Shown: positions 51,687 to 63,415, numbered from the whole stretch's first letter. The stretch is 63,415 nucleotides of DNA, filler included, from Octopus bimaculoides (GCF_001194135.2; 6 parts of 5 records of this genome joined end to end with filler, not necessarily neighbours in it); one strand, 5' to 3'. Notes: a model not told the origin generated them from the letters alone. Translations and numbers: made by a program.

Positions 51687-52400
51687 GTGAAGGCTTCATA
51701 TTGGCTGCTCAGGACCAAAGCTTATTAACCCGGAACTACCAAGCCAATGTGATAAAAAATGGAGCTGACCCAAAATGCCGATTCTGTAACGATGCGATTT
51801 AAACTATAGACCACCTAATCTCAGGGTGTAGAGTCTTAACACCTGTAGAATATAAAGCGAGTCATGACAGAGTTGGCCAGTATTTACACTGGACAATATG
51901 TCAGCATTATAAAATCAAAATCGCTGACAAATGGTTTAAACACCATCCTGAAGCTGTAACTGAGGGAGAAAATGTATCGATTCTCTGGGATTTCCCCGTA
52001 TATACCGACAAGGCTATAAAAGCTAATAAACCGGATATTATTATAAAAGATCAGACAAAGAAGACGTGTTTATTAATTGACATGAGTATTCCCTCTGATC
52101 ATAATATAGCGGCGAAAGAATTTGACAAGATCAGTAAATATAAAGACTTGCTAATAGAAATTGAAAGCATGTGGCACCTCAAGGCGACTACCGTACCAGT
52201 GATTGTAGGATCTCTAGGAATGATAAAAAAAGGCACTGAAACCTATTTGAAAATGATACCAGGCTTACCATCCCTACAGGAAGTGAAAAAAATTGTGTTA
52301 ACTGGAACGACTCATGTACTGACAAGAGCATTATCACTGTGAAAACAACATCCATTCATGAATTTTTATTATATTTTATTTTATTTATTTATTTTTTTAN
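51687..52400 (+). mobile_element. R4/Dong-like non-LTR retrotransposon 3' fragment (CCHC + restriction-like endonuclease), 5'-truncated
   Basis: A single frame from 51689 reads EGFILAAQDQSL.TRNY...CRFCNDAI*TIDHLISGC...HDRVGQYLHW...ILWDFPVYTD..IKANKPDIII.D...CLLIDMSIP.D.NIAAKEFDKISKYKDL...VPVIVGSLG. One stop at 51800, terminal stop at 52342. Confidence 0.88.
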
Positions 52401-53070
52401 NNNNNNNNNNNNNNNNNNNNNNNNNNNNNNNNNNNNNNNNNNNNNNNNNNNNNNNNNNNNNNNNNNNNNNNNNNNNNNNNNNNNNNNNNNNNNNNNNNNN
52501 NNNNNNNNNNNNNNNNNNNNNNNNNNNNNNNNNNNNNNNNNNNNNNNNNNNNNNNNNNNNNNNNNNNNNNNNNNNNNNNNNNNNNNNNNNNNNNNNNNNN
52601 NNNNNNNNNNNNNNNNNNNNNNNNNNNNNNNNNNNNNNNNNNNNNNNNNNNNNNNNNNNNNNNNNNNNNNNNNNNNNNNNNNNNNNNNNNNNNNNNNNNN
52701 NNNNNNNNNNNNNNNNNNNNNNNNNNNNNNNNNNNNNNNNNNNNNNNNNNNNNNNNNNNNNNNNNNNNNNNNNNNNNNNNNNNNNNNNNNNNNNNNNNNN
52801 NNNNNNNNNNNNNNNNNNNNNNNNNNNNNNNNNNNNNNNNNNNNNNNNNNNNNNNNNNNNNNNNNNNNNNNNNNNNNNNNNNNNNNNNNNNNNNNNNNNN
52901 NNNNNNNNNNNNNNNNNNNNNNNNNNNNNNNNNNNNNNNNNNNNNNNNNNNNNNNNNNNNNATATATATATATATAGGTGCGTCTGGGTATATAAATATG
53001 TATATATATATTTATATATGTGTATGTATATATGTGTATATGTGTGTGTATGTGTGTGTGTGTGTGATGC

Positions 53071-53205
53071 GAGACAGGAAAGGTCTATTTTGTTGCTGTG
53101 GCTTAGTTCATTTCAACTTTGGTAGACTCCAGCCAATGAGAGCTGGAGGTGCAATAATACAAGAAGCAACTTCCGCCTAGCAGTATTCGGCGCCTATTTG
53201 GAATA
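53071..53205 (+). mobile_element. Partial copy of a putative non-autonomous DNA element (inverted relative to 55010-55146)
   Basis: gagacaggaaa..tattttgttgctgtggcttagtt...actccagccaat.agagctggagg..taatacaag...cagtatt..gcgcct.tttggaata matches the reverse complement of 55010-55144. Confidence 0.7.
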
Positions 53206-53543
53206 GAGACAGATGGATGCGTGTTTGTATCACGTCGGGGTCCCCAATGTTACATGTGCGTCACTAATGTAAGTTGGATGGAATGTTTCCTATATATAAA
53301 CTGTTCGAGTTGTAACATAATGTGTGTAGTTAGCATTTTTTAAGACTTCATTTTCAGTGATTTCTTAATGATTCGTTAAAGATTTCTCCAGTGATTTCAT
53401 AAGTGGTTTCTTAGAGAGACATGATTAAAGAATATTCAAAATGCAAGTTTATAAAACAAAAACATTGAAATTTATTCAGTAGTTTAATGAGTGCAAGCAA
53501 GTGCTAACAAAGTTTAATCTTCCATATGAATGGGAACCAAATA

Positions 53544-54826
53544 CTGGGTTGGTCAAAAAGATCGTTCGCTTTTTTAGGTGAAAATCAAAACAAAGTAAAC
53601 AATTGTGAAAAATGTATTTAATCAATGCAATAGCTACCAATTGCTTCTATAACCTTTCGCCACCTGTTGGGTAGATCTTTAATTTCCTGTTCGAAGAATT
53701 TAGGTTCTTTATTAGCAAAAAAATTTTCCAAGAAAGTTTCCACGTTTTCATCAGAATTAAATTTTTTTTCTATTCAATGAATTTTGCAGTGACTGAAACA
53801 GATGGAAATCTGATGGGGGCCAGATCTGCAGAGTACGGAGGGTGAAGCAAAACTTCTCACTCAAGACGCAGCAACTTCTGCCGAGTAATCAAAGCAGTGT
53901 GTGGCTTTGTGTTGTCATAGTGGAAAACAACGCCTTTGCGATTCACCAGTTTTGGCCATTTTTTATGAAGAGCCGTGTTTAGTTTATCCAGTTGTTCACA
54001 ATAAACCTCTAAATTGATGGTTTTATTCAAGGGACGTAGTGCAAAAAAGATAACACACTTCCAATCCCAACATATCGATAACAGAACTTTCTTTGTGTGA
54101 AGACCTACTTTGGGTGTTCGTTTTGGAGAATAGCCTGCTTTTTTCCATGATCTTCTTCGTTTCACATTATTGTAAACTACCCACTTTCGTTCTCCAGTAA
54201 TAATTCTTCTCAGAAAGGGTTCGTTGTTTTCCTTTTTCAGTAATGAATCGCAAATGGAAACCCTCTGGACAAGATTTGCTTCTGTCAATTTATGGGGAAC
54301 CGAAACATCAACTTTAGAAAAGTAACCAAGTTTATGGAATTCATTTTCCACACTTGTTTTGGATATGTTAAGAATATCTGCGATTTGTCTGCTCGTAAGA
54401 CTGCAGCTTTGTTTGACTACAGCTCTCAGTTGGTCGATGTCAATTTCTTTTCGCCGGCTAGAGTGAGGTGCATTTCTTACTGAAAAATTCCCTGATCGAA
54501 ATCGAGCAAACCATTTCTGGCACACCCGTTCTGAAACAGCATTCTTTCCATACACATTGCATAACTTTCGGCAAGTTTCTGTTGCTTTCTTTCCTTTTCT
54601 GAAGTAAAAAAGCATAAGATGCCGATAGCGCTCCGCCTGGTCTTCCATGTCTAGGGTCAAAAGCATCAAACAAGCTGCAATCTCTCTCTGTTGAGGCTTG
54701 TTACACTGATCTAAACTTCTTTGTTATACCGAATACAGTTTCTAAAGAAAAAGAATACCGGAACAGTGATTAGAAGACCGGACAGTTGATACTAAAAAAA
54801 ACAAACGGACTTTTTGGCCAACCCTA
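53544..54826 (-). mobile_element. Near full-length mariner DNA transposon (about 1.28 kb), degenerate
   Basis: Imperfect TIRs ctgggttggtcaaaaagatcgttcgcttttt and tagggttggccaaaaagtccgtttgttttt. Transposase ORF 53857-54669 with HTH region WFARFRSG, VSVPHKL, ITGERKW (first catalytic D lost), HYDNTKPH, then past a stop HPPYSADLAPSDFHL. Confidence 0.93.
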
Positions 54827-54835
54827 CATATGTAC

Positions 54836-55146
54836 GTGAGACAGGAAAAATCGCATGAATTACTACATACACACTGAGGTTTATATGAAGCAAAGTGGGA
54901 GCTGATAAGATTAATCAGATAAGTTGCGTGTTGTTGGTGGTAGACACAGAAAATGTTACATGTCGAAGCGATGTTGCTTCTATGGCATCAAATCCACAAC
55001 TACTTAAGTTATTCCAAAAAGGCGCGCAATACTGCTGGGCAGAAATTACTACTTGTATTATTACGCCTCCAGCTCTGATTGGCTGGAGTCTGCCAAAGTA
55101 CAACTAAACTAAGCCACAGCAACAAAATACAGATTTCCTGTCTCAC
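54836..55146. mobile_element. About 310-bp MITE-like element with 13-bp TIRs
   Basis: gtgagacaggaaa at 54836-54848 and tttcctgtctcac at 55134-55146. Confidence 0.6.
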
Positions 55147-55509
55147 TACACTACTCCACCGCTGACTGAAAGTTGATATGAACAAGGAAGAGGAAGGAGA
55201 AAAAATACAAAGCAAGATATTCGAAACAATGGCGAAAGAAAAATACATTGCGTACATGAGAAGTCATCAAATGTTCAAACACTGTAAAAAGAAAACAACA
55301 TCAATGCATTAAGAAAAAAAAACAAGCATACAAAAATAATATAAGACGATAACAGGCACTAAGGGCCAGTTCATATACAAATAGTTTCGCAAAGCCTCTC
55401 GGTCCAACGGAGACAACCGCTGCGTGTTGTAACATATCTTCGTGAAGGAGGGGGAGATGTTTATGGGACAGTGTGTGTAGGGGATTGGTGTGTATGTGGA
55501 TCCGAGGTA

Positions 55510-56490
55510 TTAGCATCTGTGTAGGGCCTCTTGATTCTATTAAAGTCTATAGTAACAAGTTTGTTTCAGCTTGCAAGCACGTGATAAGGCCCAGATAAAG
55601 GTGGAGTGAGAGGACTTATCACTGCGTCATTTCTGATGAACACATAAGTCCACGAGGCAAAGTCCCTTGGGACCTAAGATTTTTCGGCTTGGTGCCATTG
55701 TCCATGGGTGGCGGTTCACGTAGATTGCAGGATCCTGAGTAGAAAGATCGACTGGAGCAAGCATCTGCCTCGGCAAAGACAAAGAAGCACCGAATAACAG
55801 CTCAGCTGGGGAGTATCTTAGTTCCTCTTTGAATGCAGTCCAAATGGCAAGGAGTGCTATGAGATGGGGAGGTACTCGCTCCAGCGCTGAGTATCAGATT
55901 AGGCACGAAACGCGGCTTTCAACTGCCGATGGAAGCGCTCCACCATTCTATTAGATGCAGGATGATAATTGGTAGAACAAATCCGTTGAGCACCGATGAT
56001 TTTTGTGAATTCCGAAAAAATGTGCGATTCAAACTGTGTACCACGGTCTGTTGCAATAGTGGTTGCACATCGTAACGCGATATCTCTCCTGTTACCAGGG
56101 CTCGCGCTACAGATATAACATAGATGTTAATTAAAGGAATGGCTTCAGAGCAGCAAGTGAGCTGGTCAATGTAGGTCAAGATGTATGTAAAACCCTGACC
56201 GATAAGCCAGGGTCCCAGGAAATCAATATGAATGTGGTGGAAATGTGCATCCGGGGTACTGAAGGTGCCAAGTGGTGCACGCATGTGCTTATGCACCATC
56301 GACCTCTGGCATTGTAGGCAGGATCGGTAATGTCTCGTCTCATATTCCCCCAGAAGAATCTAGCCGTTATGAGCTTTACTAAAGTTGAGAATACAGAACG
56401 CGAAAGACTGTGTAACGCTTCGAACACAGCTCGACGATGGGTTCCAGGGACAAAGTGATGAGGCGAATCCGTTGCCACACAGCCTTCCTG
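55510..56490 (-). mobile_element. Gypsy LTR-retrotransposon integrase remnant
   Basis: H2C2-type region (RRAVFEALHSLS...ITARFFWGNMRRD), FHHIHIDFLGP...YILTYID, AFKEELRYSPAELLFG and TYVFIRNDAV, with frameshifts. Confidence 0.85.
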
Positions 56491-56516
56491 TCACGCTGCA
56501 CACGCACACACGCACG

Positions 56517-56553
<37 letters not shown>

Positions 56554-57608
56554 NNNNNNNNNNNNNNNNNNNNNNNNNNNNNNNNNNNNNNNNNNNNNNN
56601 NNNNNNNNNNNNNNNNNNNNNNNNNNNNNNNNNNNNNNNNNNNNNNNNNNNNNNNNNNNNNNNNNNNNNNNNNNNNNNNNNNNNNNNNNNNNNNNNNNNN
56701 NNNNNNNNNNNNNNNNNNNNNNNNNNNNNNNNNNNNNNNNNNNNNNNNNNNNNNNNNNNNNNNNNNNNNNNNNNNNNNNNNNNNNNNNNNNNNNNNNNNN
56801 NNNNNNNNNNNNNNNNNNNNNNNNNNNNNNNATATATATATATATATATATATATATACATTCAATTACAGGTTAAAACAGCCTAATTACTGTTCATTAA
56901 CTAATATTTTTTGAATAATAATATTCATAAAATAATAGGTCTAAATATAAATCTTGTTTTATAAATATTCAAATGGAAATTAAGAAAATGGATATATAGC
57001 ATTAATATAATTTATTACCTGCAAAAATCCAACATGATCTCTTGCAGCTATTTCCGTGAAGGCTAAACGAGTTAAATAGCTATAATTAAATCATTATATT
57101 AGGCAAAATCTCATCAGAGTGGTGGAAAAGGTATACCGTTAGGTTATGTGTTTTTAAATCATCTCAGCAGACTGTATCTTATTTTACGGCTAATATTGGT
57201 ATACACCTGGGCCAGGGGGTCATAGGCTGTTTTAGTTGGTAATAGTTAATGTGAATATAATCAGGGTAATAATTAGTAAATAAATAACGGTTAGATAGTC
57301 AGTTACAGTAAATAATGGAATCACATCAATGAGGAAATAAATGGATGAATACTTTTGTAATTTCTTTTGGAATTGAGTGAAGATTGTGTATCCGATATTT
57401 TGTATCCGATTTTCAAGATTATAATTATATACGGATGTCTTAGTGTGTGTATATATCGGTATACATATGTATATGTATAACTTTGTATATATATATATAT
57501 ATATATATNNNNNNNNNNNNNNNNNNNNNNNNNNNNNNNNNNNNNNNNNNNNTTAATTAATTAANNNNNNNNNNNNNNNNNNNNNNNNNNNNNNNNNNNN
57601 NNNNNNNN

Positions 57609-57684
<76 letters not shown>

Positions 57685-58133
57685 TAATTATCTATATATA
57701 TATCATTTCTGACTGTACAAAACTATGTACATTTTGATGGCTGCAAATTGGTTAGTAAGCTGCAGCCGTATCACATTTATTAAACATATCGTAGCTATTT
57801 GCCGTCAATGAAATTTAATTGCTTTTATTCCCGAGAGAAGAGATACAACGGTGTAAGTCTCAAGCTATTGTTGCCGCTGATATCATACACATTTATTATA
57901 AAACAATGGTTAGATAGCTGTGTATACTATCAATTATGTTTGTATTAGAATTTCGAAAACTATCTTAAGCTCTGGCTTTGTGGTTAAGGACATTGTCTCC
58001 CAGCAATACAACGTGGATTTCAGCTCGAGCACATCGTATCTAAATGCGAGCGCACACCTTCTAATATCTGAAGGTGACTGACCGCGGTAGATTCTGAATG
58101 AAATTTGTTAAACGAGAGCTGAAGCCTATCTAT

Positions 58134-58318
58134 CAACCTATCTATCTCTCTAACCCTTTCTGCCATATGACACAAGGCCTGCAATTTAGGGAGAAGGAGC
58201 AAGTTGATTATATCAACTCCAGTGTTGTATTGGTATTTAATTTACCGAAAGGATGAAAGGCAATGTTGACCTCGGTGGAATTGAACTCAGAACGCGGTGT
58301 CAGACGAAATACTTCCGA
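58134..58318 (-). mobile_element. SINE family B, degenerate
   Basis: gaaaggatgaaaggcaatgttgacctcggtggaattgaactcagaacg...gacgaaatac. Confidence 0.75.
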
Positions 58319-58749
58319 ACATCTCTGAGCGAGAATTAAACAGTAGCAGCACGATATTGTGAAGTATGTTTCCCTCCTAAATGTGGCTGACCCATAGGGG
58401 ACGATGCTACTGTAGTTTATAGCTGGCTAACGACACGGTCTGTGCCCGATCAGTATTTGCGAAGGGAAAATCCTCGTTCCAATCTCTAGCCTTACATGAT
58501 ACATACGGACCATCTCATCAGCATGTAACAATCACTGGCTAGGGATGAGAAGCGATTTCGAACGCAAATACATATGCTTTTTCCAGTGACAAAGAAGTCA
58601 AGGATTTCGTTGAAGAGATTTTACAGAGTTTAACACGTTTCTAGCGACTGAAACATCTTCTCTCAGAGAGTAACTGTTGCAAAACCTATACAAGAGAACA
58701 TGTTGAAAACAAAATAGGAATTTTGAAAGAATTTTCTATAAATCTAGTC

Positions 58750-58862
58750 TTTAGGGGCACGCGTGTCGGTGTCGTACTCAACCGCTTGCACATTAACTTC
58801 ACCAGCAAGCTGTTCCGTTGATCAGATGAACTGGAATTCTTGTCGTTGTAACTGGCAGAGTA
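58750..58862 (+). mobile_element. SINE family C, 3' fragment, old
   Basis: cttgcacattaacttcaccagcaagctgttccgttgatcagatgaactggaa matches the 3' part of the 11038-11421 element. Confidence 0.7.
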
Positions 58863-59208
58863 AGTGTTGGTATCCGGTTAAAAGTTTTGTCGTAAGCTTA
58901 CATATCTTCTATCCTGAAACCATTATAGAAATATGAAATATTTTTAAACGCTATAAATGTCAAAGTTCAAATAATTAATTTTTTCAGTATGTTAATTATG
59001 TGGGTGGAATGTTGATTATAGACAGAAGTCGACAGTTCAATGGTCCTGTATATAAAGTACACACATATACACACACGCGCACACTCACACATATACATAC
59101 NNNNNNNNNNNNNNNNNNNNNNNNNNNNNNNNNNNNNNNNNNNNNNNNNNNNNNNNNNNNNNNNNNNNNNNNNNNNNNNNNNNNNNNNNNNNNNNNNNNN
59201 NNNNNNNN

Positions 59209-59209
59209 N

Positions 59210-59252
<43 letters not shown>

Positions 59253-59253
59253 A

Positions 59254-59300
<47 letters not shown>

Positions 59301-59341
59301 TAGAGAAAGAGAGAGGGAGAGTGAAAGAGAGGGAGAGTGAA

Positions 59342-59372
<31 letters not shown>
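59209..59372. repeat. (GA)n/(GAAA) microsatellite
   Basis: Long purine dinucleotide run. Confidence 0.95.
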
Positions 59373-59639
59373 TAAATATGAAAACATAAATGTATGCATC
59401 TATCTATCAATATATATATATAAACATATATAAATGCATATGTATGAATATGTATAAATAAATGTATATACATAATAAATATGCACATATATATGCACAT
59501 ATGTATGCACATATGTATACGCATCTAGTTATATCTTTAGACATATACACCGGTATATACTTATATAACATACACACACACGCATGTATCTATCCGTTTA
59601 TATGTATGTATATATGTACCTGCATATATGCATACAGAG

Positions 59640-59687
<48 letters not shown>

Positions 59688-59898
59688 TGTGTGTATCTGT
59701 ATATATATACATGTGTGTGTGTATATATATATATATTTTGATTGATTGATTGACGTACATATATTACTGCTGCAGCAATATATCTTCCACACCTACACNN
59801 NNNNNNNNNNNNNNNNNNNNNNNNNNNNNNNNNNNNNNNNNNTTAATTAATTAANNNNNNNNNNNNNNNNNNNNNNNNNNNNNNNNNNNNNNNNNNNN

Positions 59899-60088
59899 GA
59901 ATTTGTTGCAATTGGAACCCACTTAGATATTGCTTTGCCTGTTTTGTTACTGAGTAAGATGCTTTCTTGCTTTCATGTTTTAAGACAAGTTTTAGCATCC
60001 AGTCCTCAGAGTTTTTCAGATAGGTGTCTAGGCCAATTGTGGCTACCTTCATTGATAATGCCAGCTGTAGAAGTCCTCGGCCTCCCTC

Positions 60089-60092
<4 letters not shown>
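59899..60092 (-). mobile_element. Second R4/Dong-like fragment (post-RT region), 5' junction in (AAT)n
   Basis: Open frame KEGGRGLLQLALSMKVATIGLDTYLKNSEDWMLKLVLKHE... starts immediately after the (AAT)n tract. The 3' part is lost in a gap. Confidence 0.72.
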
Positions 60093-60166
<74 letters not shown>

Positions 60167-60167
60167 G
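60090..60167. repeat. (TTA)n microsatellite
   Basis: About 25 perfect units. Confidence 0.97.
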
Positions 60168-60345
60168 AGCTGGTAGAATCGCTAGAATGTTGAACTAAAG
60201 GGTGCTAAGCATTTTGTCCACCTTTACGCTCTGAGCTCAAATTTCGCCGAGCTCTACTTGCCTTTCAACCTCTTGGGGTCGATATAGTCCATCAGATCTC
60301 TCCCTGCACAAATTTCAGGCGTTATGCCTATAGTAGAAAGTATTA
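60166..60345 (+). mobile_element. SINE family B, degenerate
   Basis: gagctggtagaatcgctag...ttacgctctgagctcaaatttcgccgag...ggggtcgat...aaatttcaggcgttatgcctatagtagaaag. Confidence 0.7.
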
Positions 60346-60591
60346 TTATAATAATATTATTATGTTTCTGTCACTTTTCATTGTATTACACTTATGTCAT
60401 CAAGGGAATTTATAACTCTAATGTTGAAATATATATAGAAAGTAAGAGGAAAGAAATGCGAATAGTTGAATCAGTGAAAAAATAGAATTTGAAAACACGG
60501 AAGAGAGAGAGGGGGGAAGAGGGAGAGAAGATCTATATTATAAGAATGTGCTAGGTACGTATGTAAGAAGGTAGGTGGATAGGTAGGTATC

Positions 60592-60594
60592 TAA

Positions 60595-60636
<42 letters not shown>

Positions 60637-60790
60637 NNNNNNNNNNNNNNNNNNNNNNNNNNNNNNNNNNNNNNNNNNNNNNNNNNNNNNNNNNNNNNNN
60701 NNNNNNNNNNNNNNNNNNNNNNNNNNNNNNNNNNNNACCGTCCGTCCATGATGATAGATAGATAGATAGATAGATAGACAGATAGACAGA
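60592..60790. repeat. (GATA)n microsatellite spanning a gap
   Basis: gata runs on both sides of the gap 60637-60736. Confidence 0.9.
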
Positions 60791-61149
60791 TTTCTTACAA
60801 CAATACGAGTTCAAAACGTTCAGCCTCGTCTTTTTCTTAACACCATTGTACGTTATGTTTTAAGGAAAATAGGGAATAAAATCACGAAAAAATAACTGTT
60901 TTAAAAACCGTCATTTTCTTTCTTTCACTCCAGCCTTTCTATGTATATCATTTCTGTTTGTTGTATCGTCTTCTAAGAAAATTTTGAACTATATCCGTAG
61001 TGATAACAATTTATGAATTCGTAGTGTTATGATCTGTTATCGACATATTCATACAGAAATTCTAAATATAGTACAGATATTTTTTTTTTTTTTCTTAAAT
61101 ATGTTTCCTGGTATATGACAATAACGACCGACAGAGGCAATCAGTTCGA

Positions 61150-61650
61150 CGTCAGTCTTTTTACCGACCTATCTAACCTGCTAAGCACCCGTCGAATTCG
61201 AACTACAACTTTATACCGCAGCTTTAGTAAGGCATTCCGATTCGGATAGCTGGTTAGGAGCCCTGTCGATTGTGTTACTACGTTTATGTACCGCTGTTAA
61301 AGAAGACTTAGGTTACTCCCCGGCAGAATAACTGTATGGTTCGGCACTTAAACTGTCTGGTCAAATGATATTGGCTACAGCTATTCAACATGATCCTACC
61401 AACAATGTTCATTGGCTGCGAAATTACGTGGCAGAGTTAACTGCGTTACTAACAAGACGATTAACTCTTGTTCAACCCAATATCAATACCTGGACTCACG
61501 TATTTGTACGCAACGATGCAGTTAAGTGCTCTTGCAGGCAGGTTATTACTATGGTACCATGTGTTAAAAGCTATCCCAAATTATATGAATTTGAATATTC
61601 AGTGAAGGCAGGAAACTGTCAGCACTAATCGACTCATGTAGGCTTTCGTC
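61150..61650 (+). mobile_element. Gypsy integrase C-terminal remnant
   Basis: LLSTRRIRTT..., WLGALSIVLL..CTAVKEDLGYSPAE*LYG and WTHVFVRNDAV are the same motifs as in 55510-56490. Confidence 0.78.
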
Positions 61651-61819
61651 GAGTCTGGTCCCTTACCACAACACTCATCTTCCTCTTCTGCCACACCCAA
61701 ACCAGCCGTACATAAACATAAAACATTATCCAATAACAGTGCTTTTCATACTGACAGGGTAACCAAAAGTAGAAGAGTGTATTGGCCGGTTAGATACTCT
61801 CGCACATATTTTTATTAAC

Positions 61820-61862
<43 letters not shown>

Positions 61863-62675
61863 NNNNNNNNNNNNNNNNNNNNNNNNNNNNNNNNNNNNNN
61901 NNNNNNNNNNNNNNNNNNNNNNNNNNNNNNNNNNNNNNNNNNNNNNNNNNNNNNNNNNNNNNNNNNNNNNNNNNNNNNNNNNNNNNNNNNNNNNNNNNNN
62001 NNNNNNNNNNNNNNNNNNNNNNNNNNNNNNNNNNNNNNNNNNNNNNNNNNNNNNNNNNNNNNNNNNNNNNNNNNNNNNNNNNNNNNNNNNNNNNNNNNNN
62101 NNNNNNNNNNNNNNNNNNNNNNNNNNNNNNNNNNNNNNNNNNNNNNNNNNNNNNNNNNNNNNNNNNNNNNNNNNNNNNNNNNNNNNNNNNNNNNNNNNNN
62201 NNNNNNNNNNNNNNNNNNNNNNNNNNNNNNNNNNNNNNNNNNNNNNNNNNNNNNNNNNNNNNNNNNNNNNNNNNNNNNNNNNNNNNNNNNNNNNNNNNNN
62301 NNNNNNNNNNNNNNNNNNNNNNNNNNNNNNNNNNNNNNNNNNNNNNNNNNNNNNNNNNNNNNNNNNNNNNNNNNNNNNNNNNNNNNNNNNNNNNNNNNNN
62401 NNNNNNNNNNNNNNNNNNNNNNNNNNNNNNNNNNNNNNNNNNNNNNNNNNNNNNNNNNNNNNNNNNNNNNNNNNNNNNNNNNNNNNNNNNNNNNNNNNNN
62501 NNNNNNNNNNNNNNNNNNNNNNNNNNNNNNNNNNNNNNNNNNNNNNNNNNNNNNNNNNNNNNNNNNNNNNNNNNNNNNNNNNNNNNNNNNNNNNNNNNNN
62601 NNNNNNNNNNNNNNNNNNNNNNNNNNNNNNNNNNNNNNNNNNNNNNNNNNNNNNNNNNNNNNNNNNNNNNNNNNN

Positions 62676-63415
62676 AATGTTGGCGTGATATGATAAATTT
62701 TTATATGATTAGGTGGCGTCGTGTATGGGTGGTTGTTTGTTTTGATGTTGTTTTTTGTTATGTTTGTTTTTGTATTTATGTAGTTCATTAATTCTGTGTT
62801 TGTAGTGTCTATTGCTGTGAGCATGTTTTCTGTATGTGTTCTTGTGGTGTTGATGTTGTTTGTGGTATGTTTGGAGATGATGGTTTCGGGAGATGTATAT
62901 CTCCCTGCTTTGTCGGTGTTTGCATTTGGTTTGGTTCTTTTTTTACTCCTTTTCCTCCGCCCTTTTCGGGCTATTTGCCACTCACTACTGCCACTTTCGT
63001 CCTCAGACGAGTCTTCTGAGGAATCGGAAGGGGGTAAGAGCATGTCATGTGCTTGTGTGTTTGTTTGTTGAAGTGGGTGTGTTGTTGATGGTTGTTGATT
63101 ATCTGCTTGTAGCGTATGTGATGTGGGAGAAGGGGAATTAGTTTTTGTATTGTCTTTTGCTTTTACTGTTTCCTTAGTTCTTGTGGTTGTTGTTTGTGTT
63201 TTTTCGGGTGCATTTGTTGGTGTACGTGGGTTTGGTTTGTGGGATTCTTCTGTTTTGCTCCTTTTGCTCGTTCTTTGTATTGGTGGTGGTGTGGGTAGTA
63301 GGGGTCCTTTTTTGGTTGTTTTTCCTTCTTGTTTTTTGTTATCTGTTGCTGTTGGGCAATCTTTTTAGAGGTGCCCTTCGATGCCACACAGGTAGCATCG
63401 AAGCATTCTACCTTC
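62676..63415 (-). mobile_element. LINE ORF1 (gag-like) fragment, probably L1/Tx1 type, running off the window end
   Basis: CCHC knuckle CYLCGIEGHL*KDC at 63356-63397, then a K/T/N-rich low-complexity region and SEWQIARKGRRKR. Contains a stop and frameshifts. Confidence 0.65.

Noticed and set aside
55440-55470. gaaggagggggaga-TGT as polypurine tract plus LTR start for the Gypsy relic
   Set aside because: It is on the wrong strand for the minus-strand integrase and no matching second LTR was found.

Overview
AT-rich eukaryotic genomic DNA from a fragmented short-read assembly: roughly one-sixth is N and most contigs end in microsatellites. Several traits point to a coleoid cephalopod, most likely Octopus (an inference): dense microsatellites, tRNA-headed SINE families and a CDICGKSF-type C2H2 zinc-finger array. 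It is not prokaryotic and has no CRISPR, rRNA or supported tRNA gene. The only well-supported host genes are two tandem C2H2 zinc-finger paralogues on the + strand: a partial one at 24166-24570 and an intact 22-finger ORF at 29957-31927. They sit in a duplicated unit that also carries a 52/53-bp minisatellite. The rest is mostly transposon sequence: a near full-length degenerate RTE LINE, a second RTE insertion with an inverted 5' end and a 13-bp target-site duplication (TSD), two R4/Dong-like fragments abutting (TAA)n tracts, Tx1/L1-like ORF1 and ORF2 pieces, a near full-length mariner plus a mariner fragment between 127-bp direct repeats, two Gypsy integrase remnants, about 30 SINE copies from at least five families, and several MITE-like or palindromic structures. 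The most interesting signals are the twin-priming-type RTE insertion, the ZNF duplication with a near-identical upstream tract and shuffled finger blocks, and a SINE / hairpin tRNA-head / (TAA)n / Dong stack at 51.3-52.4 kb. All alignments and counts were done by eye and element boundaries are approximate. I cannot claim a new biological system from this sequence alone.
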